Below, piece by piece: positions 14,897 through 26,920 of a stretch of DNA of 64,000 bases. The position numbers and the translations under genes were made by a program. The DNA is taken from assembly GCF_006345805.1 (NCBI RefSeq), contig NC_043001.1, positions 61,256,001-61,320,000 of the forward strand, in the 5' to 3' direction. Below the pieces are notes generated by a model. That model worked only from the letters and a program-made list of their open reading frames with translations, had not been told where the DNA came from and ran no database searches. This DNA comes from Octopus sinensis (lineage: Eukaryota). Within the stretch, counting starts at the first letter, position 1. Every line of letters begins with the position of its first letter.

Positions 14897-15469
14897 GGCA
14901 AAAAGAAAATGGAGGAGATACCAAAATGACACGTCAGTCGGTACACTTTCTATTATACCTATTTATTCCAAAACAAAAGGGAGTATTATAAGAATACATA
15001 CAAATGCAAAGACTCTATGCTACAAAAATATATATCAGGTGTTCGTGTTCGTTATTTTCTCGATCAAAAGTCCCTGAATCCTTGTGAGCAGTGGTTACGG
15101 TCAGTCTTGCAACCTAATTGGTCAGCTATTTTGGGGGTGGGGTGGGAACTGACGCAGTTCCGGTTCTTTGATGGCAAACAGATAACACAAAAACAATTTT
15201 TTTTTTAAATAAGTAAATAAATTAAAGAATAAAAGGATAAAAAAACCGTGGCTACTATGGGCAAGTCGGAGAGCAAAATAACATTTAAACTTGATTAAAT
15301 TAAATTGAATTTAGACAAGAAAATAAATTAAATAAATGAGTATGCGTGTGAGTGTGATAACTAAAGCAATATAACTAAGGGGATATGATCTAAGGGACAG
15401 CATAAGAAAAAATAAGTTATTGCAAACGTATAAAAATAGAAATTAAAAATGTAAAATATCTATCTATCG

Positions 15470-16095
15470 GGGAAATATTGTCTACCGGCTGATGTATGTC
15501 ATTTTTGTATGCCCTACATTTTCCTTTTACCATAGGATGAATTTGATCAGATAAAATGCTTAGAGAGTATTGGCTATTAATTCTGCCCTGAAGGCAAACC
15601 ATCGCGCCGGCGGATTTCCAAGATGTATCCACCCCCAGATTATCACAGATCCTCCCCCTTGTTTAACAGTTGGAAGAAGGCAGTCTGGGCCAAATGCTTC
15701 TTTCGGATATCTCTACACGTATATTCGGCCGGTGGTCGGAAATAAGGTAAAGGATGACTCGTCCGAGAAAATTACATTCTTCCACTGCTCTAGGGACCAA
15801 TTCTATAGGTTTTTACTCCCCTCTAAACGCTTTGTTTTTGAAAGTAGTGGTTTTTGCAACGCAAGCGTGAAATCCGACTTTGGGCAGCTCCCGTCGAGAA
15901 CTCCCGAACTGGGATCTCGATGTGGTTATTAAGCTCTGCAGTGATTTTGGGAGCTGTACTTTTGTGATCCTTTCTAACAATTCCTGTCTGAATGTTTTGG
16001 TTGTCTTCTGGAGTTTTGTTTCGACGAGAAGGTTTTTTTCCTGTTTTCTCAAAGGCTGTCTTTACTTTCGAGACAGTACTTCTTGATACCCCAAA
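15470..16095 (-). mobile_element. Tc1-like transposase remnant
   Basis: FGVSRSTVSKV HTH-like segment, RKDHKSTAPKITAELN, GGSVIIWG and LSDQIHPMV; frameshifted. Confidence 0.8.
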
Positions 16096-16489
16096 CATTT
16101 CGGCTGTTTTCGTTGATAACAAAAACAGGACAAACAGGACAGTAAAGGCAAACAATAAGGACTGCTAACAGATAATGAGATGAGGTGGCGAACGCTGGAG
16201 GAACAAGCTTTGACAGGAGAAAAGAGGAGAGGAGATAGACAAGAATGCGTGTGATCTGTGTGGCAGATCAAAACGAAAGAAAAAGCTCAAGTTAGGAAAA
16301 GAAAGATGGCAGATTGTCATCGTGTTGGCAACGAGAGCGTAAAGGGGGAAGAGTGAGAAGGAGAGAGGGACAGATAGAGAACAGTGAAGGGGAAAGGAAA
16401 AGAAGTAGAGAAAAGATAAGAGAAAAAAACGAAAGGGGAAGAAGGGGACATACAAAGGGAGTTACTGTTTGTCTTCACTCTCTTATACT

Positions 16490-16689
16490 ACTTGTTTCAG
16501 TCATTTGACTGCGGCCATGCTGGAGCACCGCCTTTAGACGAGCAAATCGACCCCGGGACTTATTCTTTGTAAGCCCAGTACTTATTCTATCGGTCTCTTT
16601 TGCCGAACCGCTAAGTGACGGGGACGTAAACACACCAGCATCGGTTGTCAAGCAATGCTAGGGGGACAAACACAGACACACAAACACGT

Positions 16690-16722
<33 letters not shown>

Positions 16723-16901
16723 ATATATACATATATACGACGGGCTTCTTTCAGTTTCCGTCTACCAAATCCACTCACAAATCATTGGTCGGCCCGGGGC
16801 TATAGCATAAGACAGTTGCCCAAGATGCCACGCAGTGAGACTGAACCCGGAACCATGTGGTTGGTAAGCAAGCTACTTACCACACAGCCACTCCTGCGCC
16901 T
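16490..16901 (-). mobile_element. tRNA-derived SINE with central (CA)/(TA) tract
   Basis: Minus-strand head aggcgcaggagtggctgtgtggtaag...ggttccgggttcagt with A-box and B-box-like motifs; same family at 53062-53470 (+) and 36957-37548 (-). Confidence 0.85.
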
Positions 16902-17204
16902 CCTGTCCTCTTTTTATTACCAAATTTAGCTCTCTGCAAACCCCAAATTTATTTTGCTTTGCAGGAACAACTGTTTTCTCGAAGAGACATCGTGTCGTAA
17001 TTTATCGAAATGTGGAGTAGATAAACAGCCTACAACTGATAAAGGGTCGTTTTTATGTTACTTGTCTTGTTTTCCATTTGTTTCTTTGTTCGCCAAAAAG
17101 TTCGTATTCCATGTTTTCGTATTTCGTATTACACCTTGTTTACGTTTTATGACTGCCTGTACCCATATATGCATATGTATGTACATATATATGTAAGTAT
17201 GTAC

Positions 17205-17240
<36 letters not shown>

Positions 17241-17394
17241 CAGGCTGTTTCACCTCATACCGAAGGAATTAGAAATGGCAGTCAAAGACCGTTTTTCCAA
17301 TTTCTATAAGTGGAGAATCCAAAAACGAAGGCCCTTACGGCTCACATACACAAAACCGGAGTGGCAAATATACGAATTCAGTCACTTACCGTTA

Positions 17395-17459
17395 ATAGCG
17401 AACATATGTTTCTGGATCGCAAACGTAGAAATCAGTTTGAATTCCGTCATCGGCGCTAT
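17395..17459 (-). ncRNA. Type I hammerhead, array copy 1 (CCGAUGA variant)
   Basis: atagcg-CCGATGA-cggaattcaaac...gtttgcgatcca-GAAA-catatg-TT-cgctat; 6-bp helix I; helix III palindrome ACATATGT; GUU site. Confidence 0.75.
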
Positions 17460-17944
17460 ATTCGATAGCTTTACTAAATGCCACTAGCCCTCACTTCTGA
17501 CCCAGCGACATCAGATAGTGGGGGGGAAGAGAGCAGATGTTAAAACTAAGTGGCGACTGGGAACGTAAATTTTCCCTCCAAAATTCTGCCATGCGCGCTT
17601 TCTGGGTAATCGTAATGGAATGAGGAATCCACATGGTAATTCAATAAAAATGGTAAATAATTTTCCTGTGGTTTATCATGTAACCAACAATTATTTACCG
17701 GTAAATTTCGGTATGTAAATACGACAAATTAATTGTCAGGACCTTTGTAAGGTTCAGTATATAGTAAAGAAAAAATAAGAAGGTTAACAGCAGGCTGTTT
17801 CACCTCGTACCGAAGGAATTAGAAATGGCAGTCAAAGACCGTTTTTCCAATTTCTATAAGTGGAGAATCCAAAAACGAAGGCCCTTACGGCTCACATACA
17901 CAAAACCGGAGTGGCAAATATACGAATTCAGTCACTTACCGTTA

Positions 17945-18009
17945 ATAGCGAACATATGTTTCTGGATCGCAAACGTAGAAATCAGTTTGAATTCCGTCAT
18001 CGGCGCTAT
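17945..18009 (-). ncRNA. Type I hammerhead, array copy 2
   Basis: Same motif as copy 1. Confidence 0.75.
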
Positions 18010-18492
18010 ATTCGATAGTTTACTAAATGCCACTAGCCCTCACTTCTGACCCAGCGACATCAGATAGTGGGGGGAAGAGCGCAGATGTTAAAACTAAGTG
18101 GCGACTGGGAACGTAAATTTTCCCTCCAAAATTCTGCCATGCGCGCTTTCTGGGTAATCGTAATGGAATGAGGAATCCACATGGTAATTCAATAAAAATG
18201 GTAAATAATTTTCCTGTGGTTTATCATGTAACCAACAATTATTTACCGGTAAATTTCGGTATGTAAATACGACAAATTAATTGTCAGGACCTTTGTAAGG
18301 TTCAGTATATAGTAAAGAAAAAATAAGAAGGTTAACAGCAGGCTGTTTCACCTCGTACCGAAGGAATTAGAAATGGCAGTCAAAGACCGTTTTTCCAATT
18401 TCTATAAGTGGAGAATCCAAAAACGAAGGCCCTTACGGCTCACATACACAAAACCGGAGTGGCAAATATACGAATTCAGTCACTTACCGTTA

Positions 18493-18557
18493 ATAGCGAT
18501 CATATGTTTCTGGATCGCAAACGTAGAAATCAGTTTGAATTCCGTCATCGGCGCTAT
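18493..18557 (-). ncRNA. Type I hammerhead, array copy 3, cleavage-site mutant
   Basis: Same motif but catatg-AT-cgctat (U16.1 to A), which should break the A15.1-U16.1 pair. Confidence 0.65.
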
Positions 18558-18997
18558 ATTCGATAGCTTTACTAAATGCCACTAGCCCTCACTTCTGACC
18601 CAGCGACATCAGATAGTGGGAGGAAATGAGCAGATGTTAAAACTAAGTGGCGAGGTGAAACAGCCTGCTGTTAACCTTCTTATTTTTTCTTTACTATATA
18701 CTGAACCTTACAAAGGTCCTGACAATTAATTTGTCGTATTTACATACCGAAATTTACCGGTAAATAATTGTTGGTTACATGATAAACCACAGGAAAATTA
18801 TTTACAATTTTTATTGAATTACCATGTGGATTCCTCATTCCATTACGATTACCCAGAAAGCGCGCATGGCAGAATTTTGGAGGGAAAATTTACGTTCCCA
18901 GTCGCCACTTAGTTTTAACATCTGCTCTCTTCCCCCCACTATCTGATGTCGCTGGGTCAGAAGTGAGGGCTGGTGGCATTTAGTAAAGCTATCGAAT

Positions 18998-19062
18998 ATA
19001 GCGCCGATGACGGAATTCAAACTGATTTCTACGTTTGCGATCCAGAAACATATGTTCGCTAT
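18998..19062 (+). ncRNA. Type I hammerhead, array copy 4
   Basis: Same motif as copy 1, now on the plus strand. Confidence 0.75.
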
Positions 19063-19546
19063 TAACGGTAAGTGACTGAATTCGTATATTTGCCACTCCG
19101 GTTTTGTGTATGTGAGCCGTAAGGGCCTTCGTTTTTGGATTCTCCACTTATAGAAATTGGAAAAACGGTCTTTGACTGCCATTTCTAATTCCTTCGGTAT
19201 GAGGTGAAACAGCCTGCTGTTAACCTTCTTATTTTTTCTTTACTATATACTGAACCTTACAAAGGTCCTGACAATTAATTTGTCGTATTTACATACCGAA
19301 ATTTACCGGTAAATAATTGTTGGTTACATGATAAACCACAGGAAAATTATTTACCATTTTTATTGAATTACCATGTGGATTCCTCATTCCATTACGATTA
19401 CCCAGAAAGCGCGCATGGCAGAATTTTGGAGGGAAAATTTACGTTCCCAGTCGCCACTTAGTTTTAACATCTGCTCTCTTCCCCCCACTATCTGATGTCG
19501 CTGGGTCAGAAGTGAGGGCTGGTGGCATTTAGTAAAGCTATCGAAT

Positions 19547-19611
19547 ATAGCGCCGATGACGGAATTCAAACTGATTTCTACGTTTGCGATCCAGAAACAT
19601 ATGTTCGCTAT
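19547..19611 (+). ncRNA. Type I hammerhead, array copy 5
   Basis: Same motif, 549 nt after copy 4. Confidence 0.75.
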
Positions 19612-20094
19612 TAACGGTAAGTGACTGAATTCGTATATTGCCACTCCGGTTTTGTGTATGTGAGCCGTAAGGGCCTTCGTTTTTGGATTCTCCACTTATA
19701 GAAATTGGAAAAACGGTCTTTGACTGCCATTTCTAATTCCTTCGGTATGAGGTGAAACAGCCTGCTGTTAACCTTCTTATTTTTTCTTTACTATATACTG
19801 AACCTTACAAAGGTCCTGACAATTAATTTGTCGTATTTACATACCGAAATTTACCGGTAAATAATTGTTGGTTACATGATAAACCACAGGAAAATTATTT
19901 ACCATTTTTATTGAATTACCATGTGGATTCCTCATTCCATTACGATTACCCAGAAAGCGCGCATGGCAGAATTTTGGAGGGAAAATTTACGTTCCCAGTC
20001 GCCACTTAGTTTTAACATCTGCTCTCTTCCCCCCACTATCTGATGTCGCTGGGTCAGAAGTGAGGGCTAGTGGCATTTAGTAAAGCTATCGAAT

Positions 20095-20159
20095 ATAGCG
20101 CCGATGACGGAATTCAAACTGATTTCTACGTTTGCGATCCAGAAACATATGTTCGCTAT
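20095..20159 (+). ncRNA. Type I hammerhead, array copy 6
   Basis: Same motif, 548 nt after copy 5. Confidence 0.75.
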
Positions 20160-20464
20160 TAACGGTAAGTGACTGAATTCGTATATTTGCCACTCCGGTT
20201 TTGTGTATGTGAGCCGTAAGGGCCTTCGTTTTTGGATTCTCCACTTATAGAAATTGGAAAAACGGTCTTTGACTGCCATTTCTAATTCCTTCGGTACGAG
20301 GTGAAACAGCCTGCTGTTAACCTTCTTATTTTTTCTTTACTATATACTGAACCTTACAAAGGTCCTGACAATTAATTTGTCGTATTACATACCGAAATTT
20401 ACCGGTAAATAATTGTTGGTTACATGATAAACCACAGGAAAATTATTTACCATTTTTATTGAAT

Positions 20465-20587
<123 letters not shown>

Positions 20588-21372
20588 TCATATATATATT
20601 CATATATATATATATACACACATACATATATGGAAAGCCTTCATAGACAATTACTTCTGATATGCAACTGATGTGTTGGTCTATGAAGAGGAGAGCATTC
20701 TAACAGTCGTTTACTGCAGTTTCAATTGATGAAGCGATCGATTTAGTAAACTGAACCATGAAAGTACCCAAACGTCTATCAGAAAAATGTGTAAGTCTAT
20801 AATGCATAAATAAATGCAGAAATTCCATTATTTATGCTTTTCTTATATATCCCTCTGTGAAAACATACCATATCACATTAGTAATGGAGGCGTTGGTTAA
20901 TATCTAGATCCGCACCCGGTGGAAAAAATGGAAACGCAAATGTGTAACAGTTGTAAGGCATCGTATATTGACGTAATAAGACGGAAAAAAAGGGCGCTGA
21001 CAAACGGGGGGGGGGAGGGGGCTCGGAAAATTGCCTACGTGTGTGTCAAGTTTCATCAGAATCGGTTGAAAGCCGTGGTCAGGGTGAGGGTATAAAGTCG
21101 ACTGGTAATGGACATCGACTTTAGATCTCGTCTTCTTATTACCTGGAGTTCCACGGCAATCACTAAAACTTTTGTTTGTCTGGTGTGTTTCTAACAGAAG
21201 AGAACTTTCGAATTTTTCCCTCACTAATCCCTTATCAATAACTCTTATTCTGATCCACACACACACACACACATGCACACACACACATGCACACACACAC
21301 ATGCACACACACACACATGCACACACACACACACGCACACATATATATGTATATAGAATATAAGGTGTTTAT

Positions 21373-23764
21373 TTCACTGGCGATCTAAACGAATAGGTAC
21401 GCAGTGGAAGTGTTGGAATTGGCCAAACGTTAGGTTCCAATTTCACACCTGACGCTGGAGCTAGGGATCCGTTGTAGGCTTCCAAATTAGCGGGTATATG
21501 CTAGAGGGAAAAGGACAACAAAAACCAAGGCAGGACGAGTTTTTCAAGTCAGATTATTTAGATTATTTATAGTAAGGTCTGGTATATGCTTCATGGTCGG
21601 TGGTAGTGTTGCCGCTGCATACCTATGGTATGGTTATATATATATTTACTTCTCCGCATATATAGGCGTTATTTATGTAGTAGGAATTATGTTATTTATG
21701 TAGTAGGAATTAAGTTTACGCTTACTAAATGGGATAACAATAGATTCTATATTGATCGGAGAAGAGTAGAATTATTTCCATGTAGATCTGTTGAAGAGTG
21801 AATTGTATTTATGGTGATGTGGGAAGATAAGTCTACAATTGCAAAAAAGGTTTTAGCTAAGCTTTAACGTTTAAAGAGTACAGGCAATATAGTTGAAGTA
21901 TAATGTATATAATTTGTTGGAGGAGAGTTGCGGTTTGTTAGAGGTTGAGTTTCGATTGAGTGTTATAGGGGTGAGCGCATGGCGGTCGAAAGCATCCCAC
22001 TCGTAGTTCTTCTAGGTTCTAGCGTCTGACTATAGTAGGAGTGTTTGTGTGTCCAATAGTGGGGCATGGCCCACTGAGACTGAGTTTAGAGAAGTGTTTT
22101 TAAGCCTAGTCTTTGCTATGAATTTAATTTGCTAGGAGAAGCCGCTAGCAGCTAACGCCTGGTATTTAGTGTGGCTATTGAAGATTTCCTTTGTGGCTAA
22201 ATGATCGGATATCTGGATAGATATGTCTTTGATTAGACTATCGAAGGTAGAATTAGGGTGATTAGAATTTATGCTAATGTATCTTAGGTACTGATTAGGT
22301 TTATGGTAGGGAAATATACCGATGATTTTAAATCTAAAGTAACATCTAGAAAATTAACTGTTTTGTAAGTGTTAACAAAAGTGATAGATAAATTAAAATT
22401 AGCAAAAATTTATGTAAATCTTTTCTAGTCTTCTCTAACGCAGACCTAGATAGATCCGTAGTAACCACCAATGCACCGTACCCTTAACACCCTACCCGTA
22501 GTGTTAGGGAAATACATGCGGAGTCGCTATAGGTTGTATAGTGCGACCAGAACCGTGACCTGAGTGGAATCAGAGGAACCTATGCTTATATCGAAGAAAT
22601 GTTTACTATTATTATTATTATTTAGAGTAGCTTGACACCAAAGCTTATCATCGAAGGTGAAGAGTGTCTTTCTGGAAGTTAGAATTACGTATATTTCTAA
22701 GGAGCTCAGGTTGGAGGATAGGGGATAAATGATAGTAGTTCTTGATTTCAAATTGTAGAAATGAGGTGTTTTTGTTTCCAAGGATGTGACAACAGGTTAT
22801 AACCTCACCTATGCAGGACCGTAAGTTCACGCCTAATATTTTTGTAGCTATAGGTATATTATCTAGTATATTCTTACTGATTCGTCCTAAGTCCGATCTG
22901 GTAGGGCCTTATAAAGCCTTATAGAGCCTCTATAACCCGCTACAATAGAAAGTTTGGTTATGAAATCCGCTTTGGGGTATTTAAGATTGAAATGGAGAGC
23001 TCTTGGGATATAGGGCCCGGTGCAAACGTCTACTTCAAGTTCGTTCAGTAGTTTACGGTAGTTGATATTAATGGTATCCTGGGCGGACATCGAGACTATC
23101 TTGTAGTACTTGTATAATTCCTTCCTAATAAAGCAATGTATTTCTCAATAGCAAGTGAATATATATTTCCCGTTTTATCGGAGCAGAAGTACATTTTGGG
23201 TGATGATGTAATCAGTGTTATTATTTTAGAAATCTGTTGTTGGGATGAAGATATACGTTTAGAGAATTTTAAGTTTTTGATCACACTAAGGATGTCAGCT
23301 TCGAATTTATCTAGCTGAGGATTGTGAGGAGGATTTTTTAGCATCTTCGGTTTATATTTATTAATGCTACTATCATCGAGTTTGTGTTTGTTATCGTACA
23401 AGGATGCGCTCCATCTCATCCTTCTAATAATGTCAGAAGTTTTGCTCAGTAAAAGTAGGAGGAACGTTTTTTGAGAGGGAATGGGTATGTCCTTGAGGGA
23501 TATGCTGAGGAGCTGTTTGTCCTTATTAAGCGATAATTATATCAAGTGCTCTGAGGAGCAATGATAAAGAATATGAGGAGTTTAGTTCACTGGCGAACTA
23601 AACGAATAGGTACGTTTTGTAAGCGTTATAATTGATCAACCGTTAGGTTCCAAGTTCACACTTGAGGCTGAAGTTAGGGATCCGTTGTAGGCTTCCGATT
23701 TAGCAGCTACATATCAGAGAAAAAAGCACAACAAAGACCAAAACAGGACTAGTTTATCAAGTCA
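21373..23764 (-). mobile_element. Near full-length decayed Penelope-like element bounded by ~179-bp direct repeats (pLTR-like)
   Basis: Repeats 21373-21551 and 23586-23764 are colinear and roughly 80% identical by eye. Between them: SLKDIPIPS..RRMRWSA, FEADIL..KF, SDKTGNIY, FDISIGS, VNFLDVTLDL, KPN..SNHP. Confidence 0.85.
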
Positions 23765-24355
23765 TTTCATATATTTATTGAGATTAAGGTGAATTTGAAA
23801 TTCATAATTAACTAATTATTGTGCATCTGGGATATCCCAAATGATAGGTTAGCATCTCCATATACTCCATGGGCATTCCATCATCAGATACAAAGTGAGT
23901 ATGTATGAAATTTCTAGACAGGGAATTCACAGTTTATAACGGAATAAAATAGTAGATACAAGAATAAAGATAGAAGAATATAGACAGGAGAATAAAATTC
24001 ACAGCTCATCTTCTTCCAGAGGGTATGGAGGTTGGTCCGTACTTCCGTGAAGGTAAATGTCCTTAGGTATAATCCCAGATAATCCAGGCAGTAGCATTGA
24101 ATGTTGCGTTCATGTTGAAGGAATAGATTAAGAGGTTAGCTAGTATGAAAATGGTCCACGGGGGAATATATAGAGTGAGAAAGACAGACATCATGATAGA
24201 CAGATATGGGTACTGACTGAGTGAGTAGAAGACAGAGAGAAAAGAAAGGAATGGTATGGTGCGGGAAAGAATGAAAGAGAGCGAAAGTAATATAAATCAA
24301 AACTAAAGATTAGATGCTAGTATCATTCTTCGTTAATGTCGGTGTCTCTCTCTCC

Positions 24356-24407
<52 letters not shown>

Positions 24408-24471
24408 GGAGAGAGAGAGGGAGAGAGAGAGGCAGGTAGGTAGATAGATAGATAGATAGATAGATAGATAT

Positions 24472-24519
<48 letters not shown>

Positions 24520-24520
24520 G

Positions 24521-24575
<55 letters not shown>

Positions 24576-24624
24576 AAGTTACTTGAAAAAGGAAGCGTGG
24601 CGTTCCATCATATAATAATATATT

Positions 24625-25461
24625 ATATAAATATATGCATATATACATACATATATGTACATACGTACATCTACATGTATATATACATGCATATATTGGT
24701 ACAGGGCATAAAAGAACGTTGAACACAATGAAAACGAAAATATAAAAACAAAAATATGGAAACGAACTTTTTTCAAACAACGAAAAAACATACAACACAA
24801 GGAATAAGCCCCTTCTTCACTTGTCCTCTTTCGTATCTCCGCGTGACGAATATAAGGACAAGACGCGACTTCGTTGACACAGCCCTTCCCGCAAAGCAAA
24901 TGAAATAAAATTTGGCATTTTTTGCGGAGGGATAATAGTGGTAACAAGAACAGGACAGTAAGAATAAAACAAGGCAGTTAAAAAAATAAAAGTAAAAACA
25001 GTAAAAGACAGGACAAGGAGAATAACAAACGATGACGGCTGTTAAGCCAAGACTATTGAAAAATTATTTGAATGCATTAAGAAGACAGCTTATGAGACGG
25101 ACAGGATAAGCCGTCTTGTATCGAGGAAGATAGCAGTTGGAAAGATGGCTTCCCTCTGGTCACGTGTCAGTGACGAGAGAGTTGAGGGGAAGGAGTAAGA
25201 GAGGGGGAATGGTGAAAGGGAGAGGAGAAGAATAGGGAAGGATGGGAGTGAAAACCAGAAATGATGAAGAACAAGAGAGGGAGAGAGATAGATATATAAA
25301 TATATGCATATATACATACATATATGTACTTACCTACATCTACATGTATATATACATGCATATATGGGTACAGGATATAGAAAAAACGTTGAACACAATG
25401 AGAAAACAAAACATAAAAACAAAAATATGAAAACGATCTTTTTTTCAAACAATGAAAAAAC
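24625..25461. repeat. Diverged ~165-bp direct repeat with about 670-bp spacing
   Basis: 24625-24789 resembles 25295-25461 (atataaatatatgcat...ggtacagg...gttgaacacaatga...caaacaa.gaaaaaac). Confidence 0.7.
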
Positions 25462-25462
25462 G

Positions 25463-25520
<58 letters not shown>

Positions 25521-25578
25521 CACACTCATGCATACATGCATGTTATATTAGTATGTGTGTATGTGCGAGTGACCGTGC

Positions 25579-25629
<51 letters not shown>

Positions 25630-25679
25630 AAAGAAACTAACACAAGCCATATAGAATATTTTATTGTTTAACAAATATA

Positions 25680-25830
25680 CGTTATTTACATTATTTGCAT
25701 TTGATGGATATTTGTCCTCATCTTGCTTGTTGTTAACACAATGTTTCGTCTGATATTCCCTGCACCCATCATCAGGTGTCTTAGGGAAATTTCGAAACTG
25801 GGTTCTCATTCCTAAGGTATTTTTCGATGC

Positions 25831-25890
<60 letters not shown>

Positions 25891-26345
25891 TACTATTAAG
25901 GACTCTGCCTTTGAATTGAACTTGGATACTTGGAGTTAGTAGCCCGCGACGTAACCTCTACTGTGGGCAATTATGGAGTGAATTTTTAGGGCGTATAAAT
26001 CTAATATTTTCCTATCCTTCCTTAATACCGGTTCCCATATGCTATTGATATCTGCACTTGGTGTGCTTAGGAGGTTGTTGTGTCATTGCATATATGTTGC
26101 TTCTATTAGTTTTCGTATTTTCTAGTGGTGTTCTCATTGTATTATTTTAAGTTCATTACACAGAAGGAGGTGGTCTCCATTTTTCCGTACATGATCAACT
26201 ATACCCGATTTATCAATATCTCCACGTGTCACAGCTTTGCGATGTTCCTCTACCCTTATTTTGAGGAGGCGGCATGTTTCGCGTTTGTATAACCTACCAC
26301 AGCTGCATGTGATGGAGTACACGCAGTTTTGGGTCATATTCTCTT
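25680..26345 (-). mobile_element. Penelope-like element 3' fragment (GIY-YIG plus non-coding tail)
   Basis: CVYSITCSCGRLYKRET.R.LKIRVEEHRKAV.RG..KSGIVDHV at 26134-26337; HHR-like motif downstream at 25735-25780. Confidence 0.8.
25735..25780 (-). ncRNA. Degenerate minimal type I hammerhead
   Basis: gacac-CTGATGA-tgggtgcagggaatatcagac-GAAA-ca-TT-gtgtt; helix I 5 bp, core intact, helix II and helix III eroded. Confidence 0.55.
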
Positions 26346-26462
26346 CTATTGGTAGTTTTACCGAAGGGGATATTTGCGAAGTCTTGTATTCGAATACTAT
26401 GCAAATATTCTTTTAAAATACTTTTCATTTAATTTTTCCCAAATTTAATCGTTTTCCATACT

Positions 26463-26499
26463 TACAGTTGAAAAGTCTCAATGACCGAAACCGGTACTG
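26463..26499 (+). ncRNA. Degenerate type I hammerhead
   Basis: tacag-TTGAAAA-gtc tcaat gacc-GAAA-ccgg-TA-ctg; helix III palindrome ACCGGT; the core has two substitutions relative to CTGANGA. Confidence 0.4.
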
Positions 26500-26880
26500 A
26501 AATGTTTTTTATAAAATTATATTTGCATTTTCTCCGTTAACATTTTATCCATATATATATGTGTGTGTGTGTATGTGTGTATGTGATATTATGTTATTAT
26601 ATCTTCTTATGAAAAACATAGAACTGCTTAAGAAACGCTAGGTTTGAACCCAAGACAAAAGATAAGAATAAAGATATGAACACAAATTAGGCAGTCATAC
26701 CCATACAGTTATAAATTAAAATGCGTACACATATATTAAGACATATCGACGAATATTTTTTAAATATTTATAAATTTATATATTTCTATTTTATAAATAT
26801 TCTTTTTAAATATTCATGTGTCGATATGTTTTGATATACTCATTTTAAGCCGAATTTATAACTGTATGTGTATGTTGGTC

Positions 26881-26920
<40 letters not shown>

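Noticed and set aside
17275-17487. Repeated 70-aa ORF MAVKDRFSNF... in each array unit
   Set aside because: No recognisable domain; its length varies among copies (70, 74, 103, 115 aa) through indels and stop changes; it lies antisense to the HHR. Treated as incidental.
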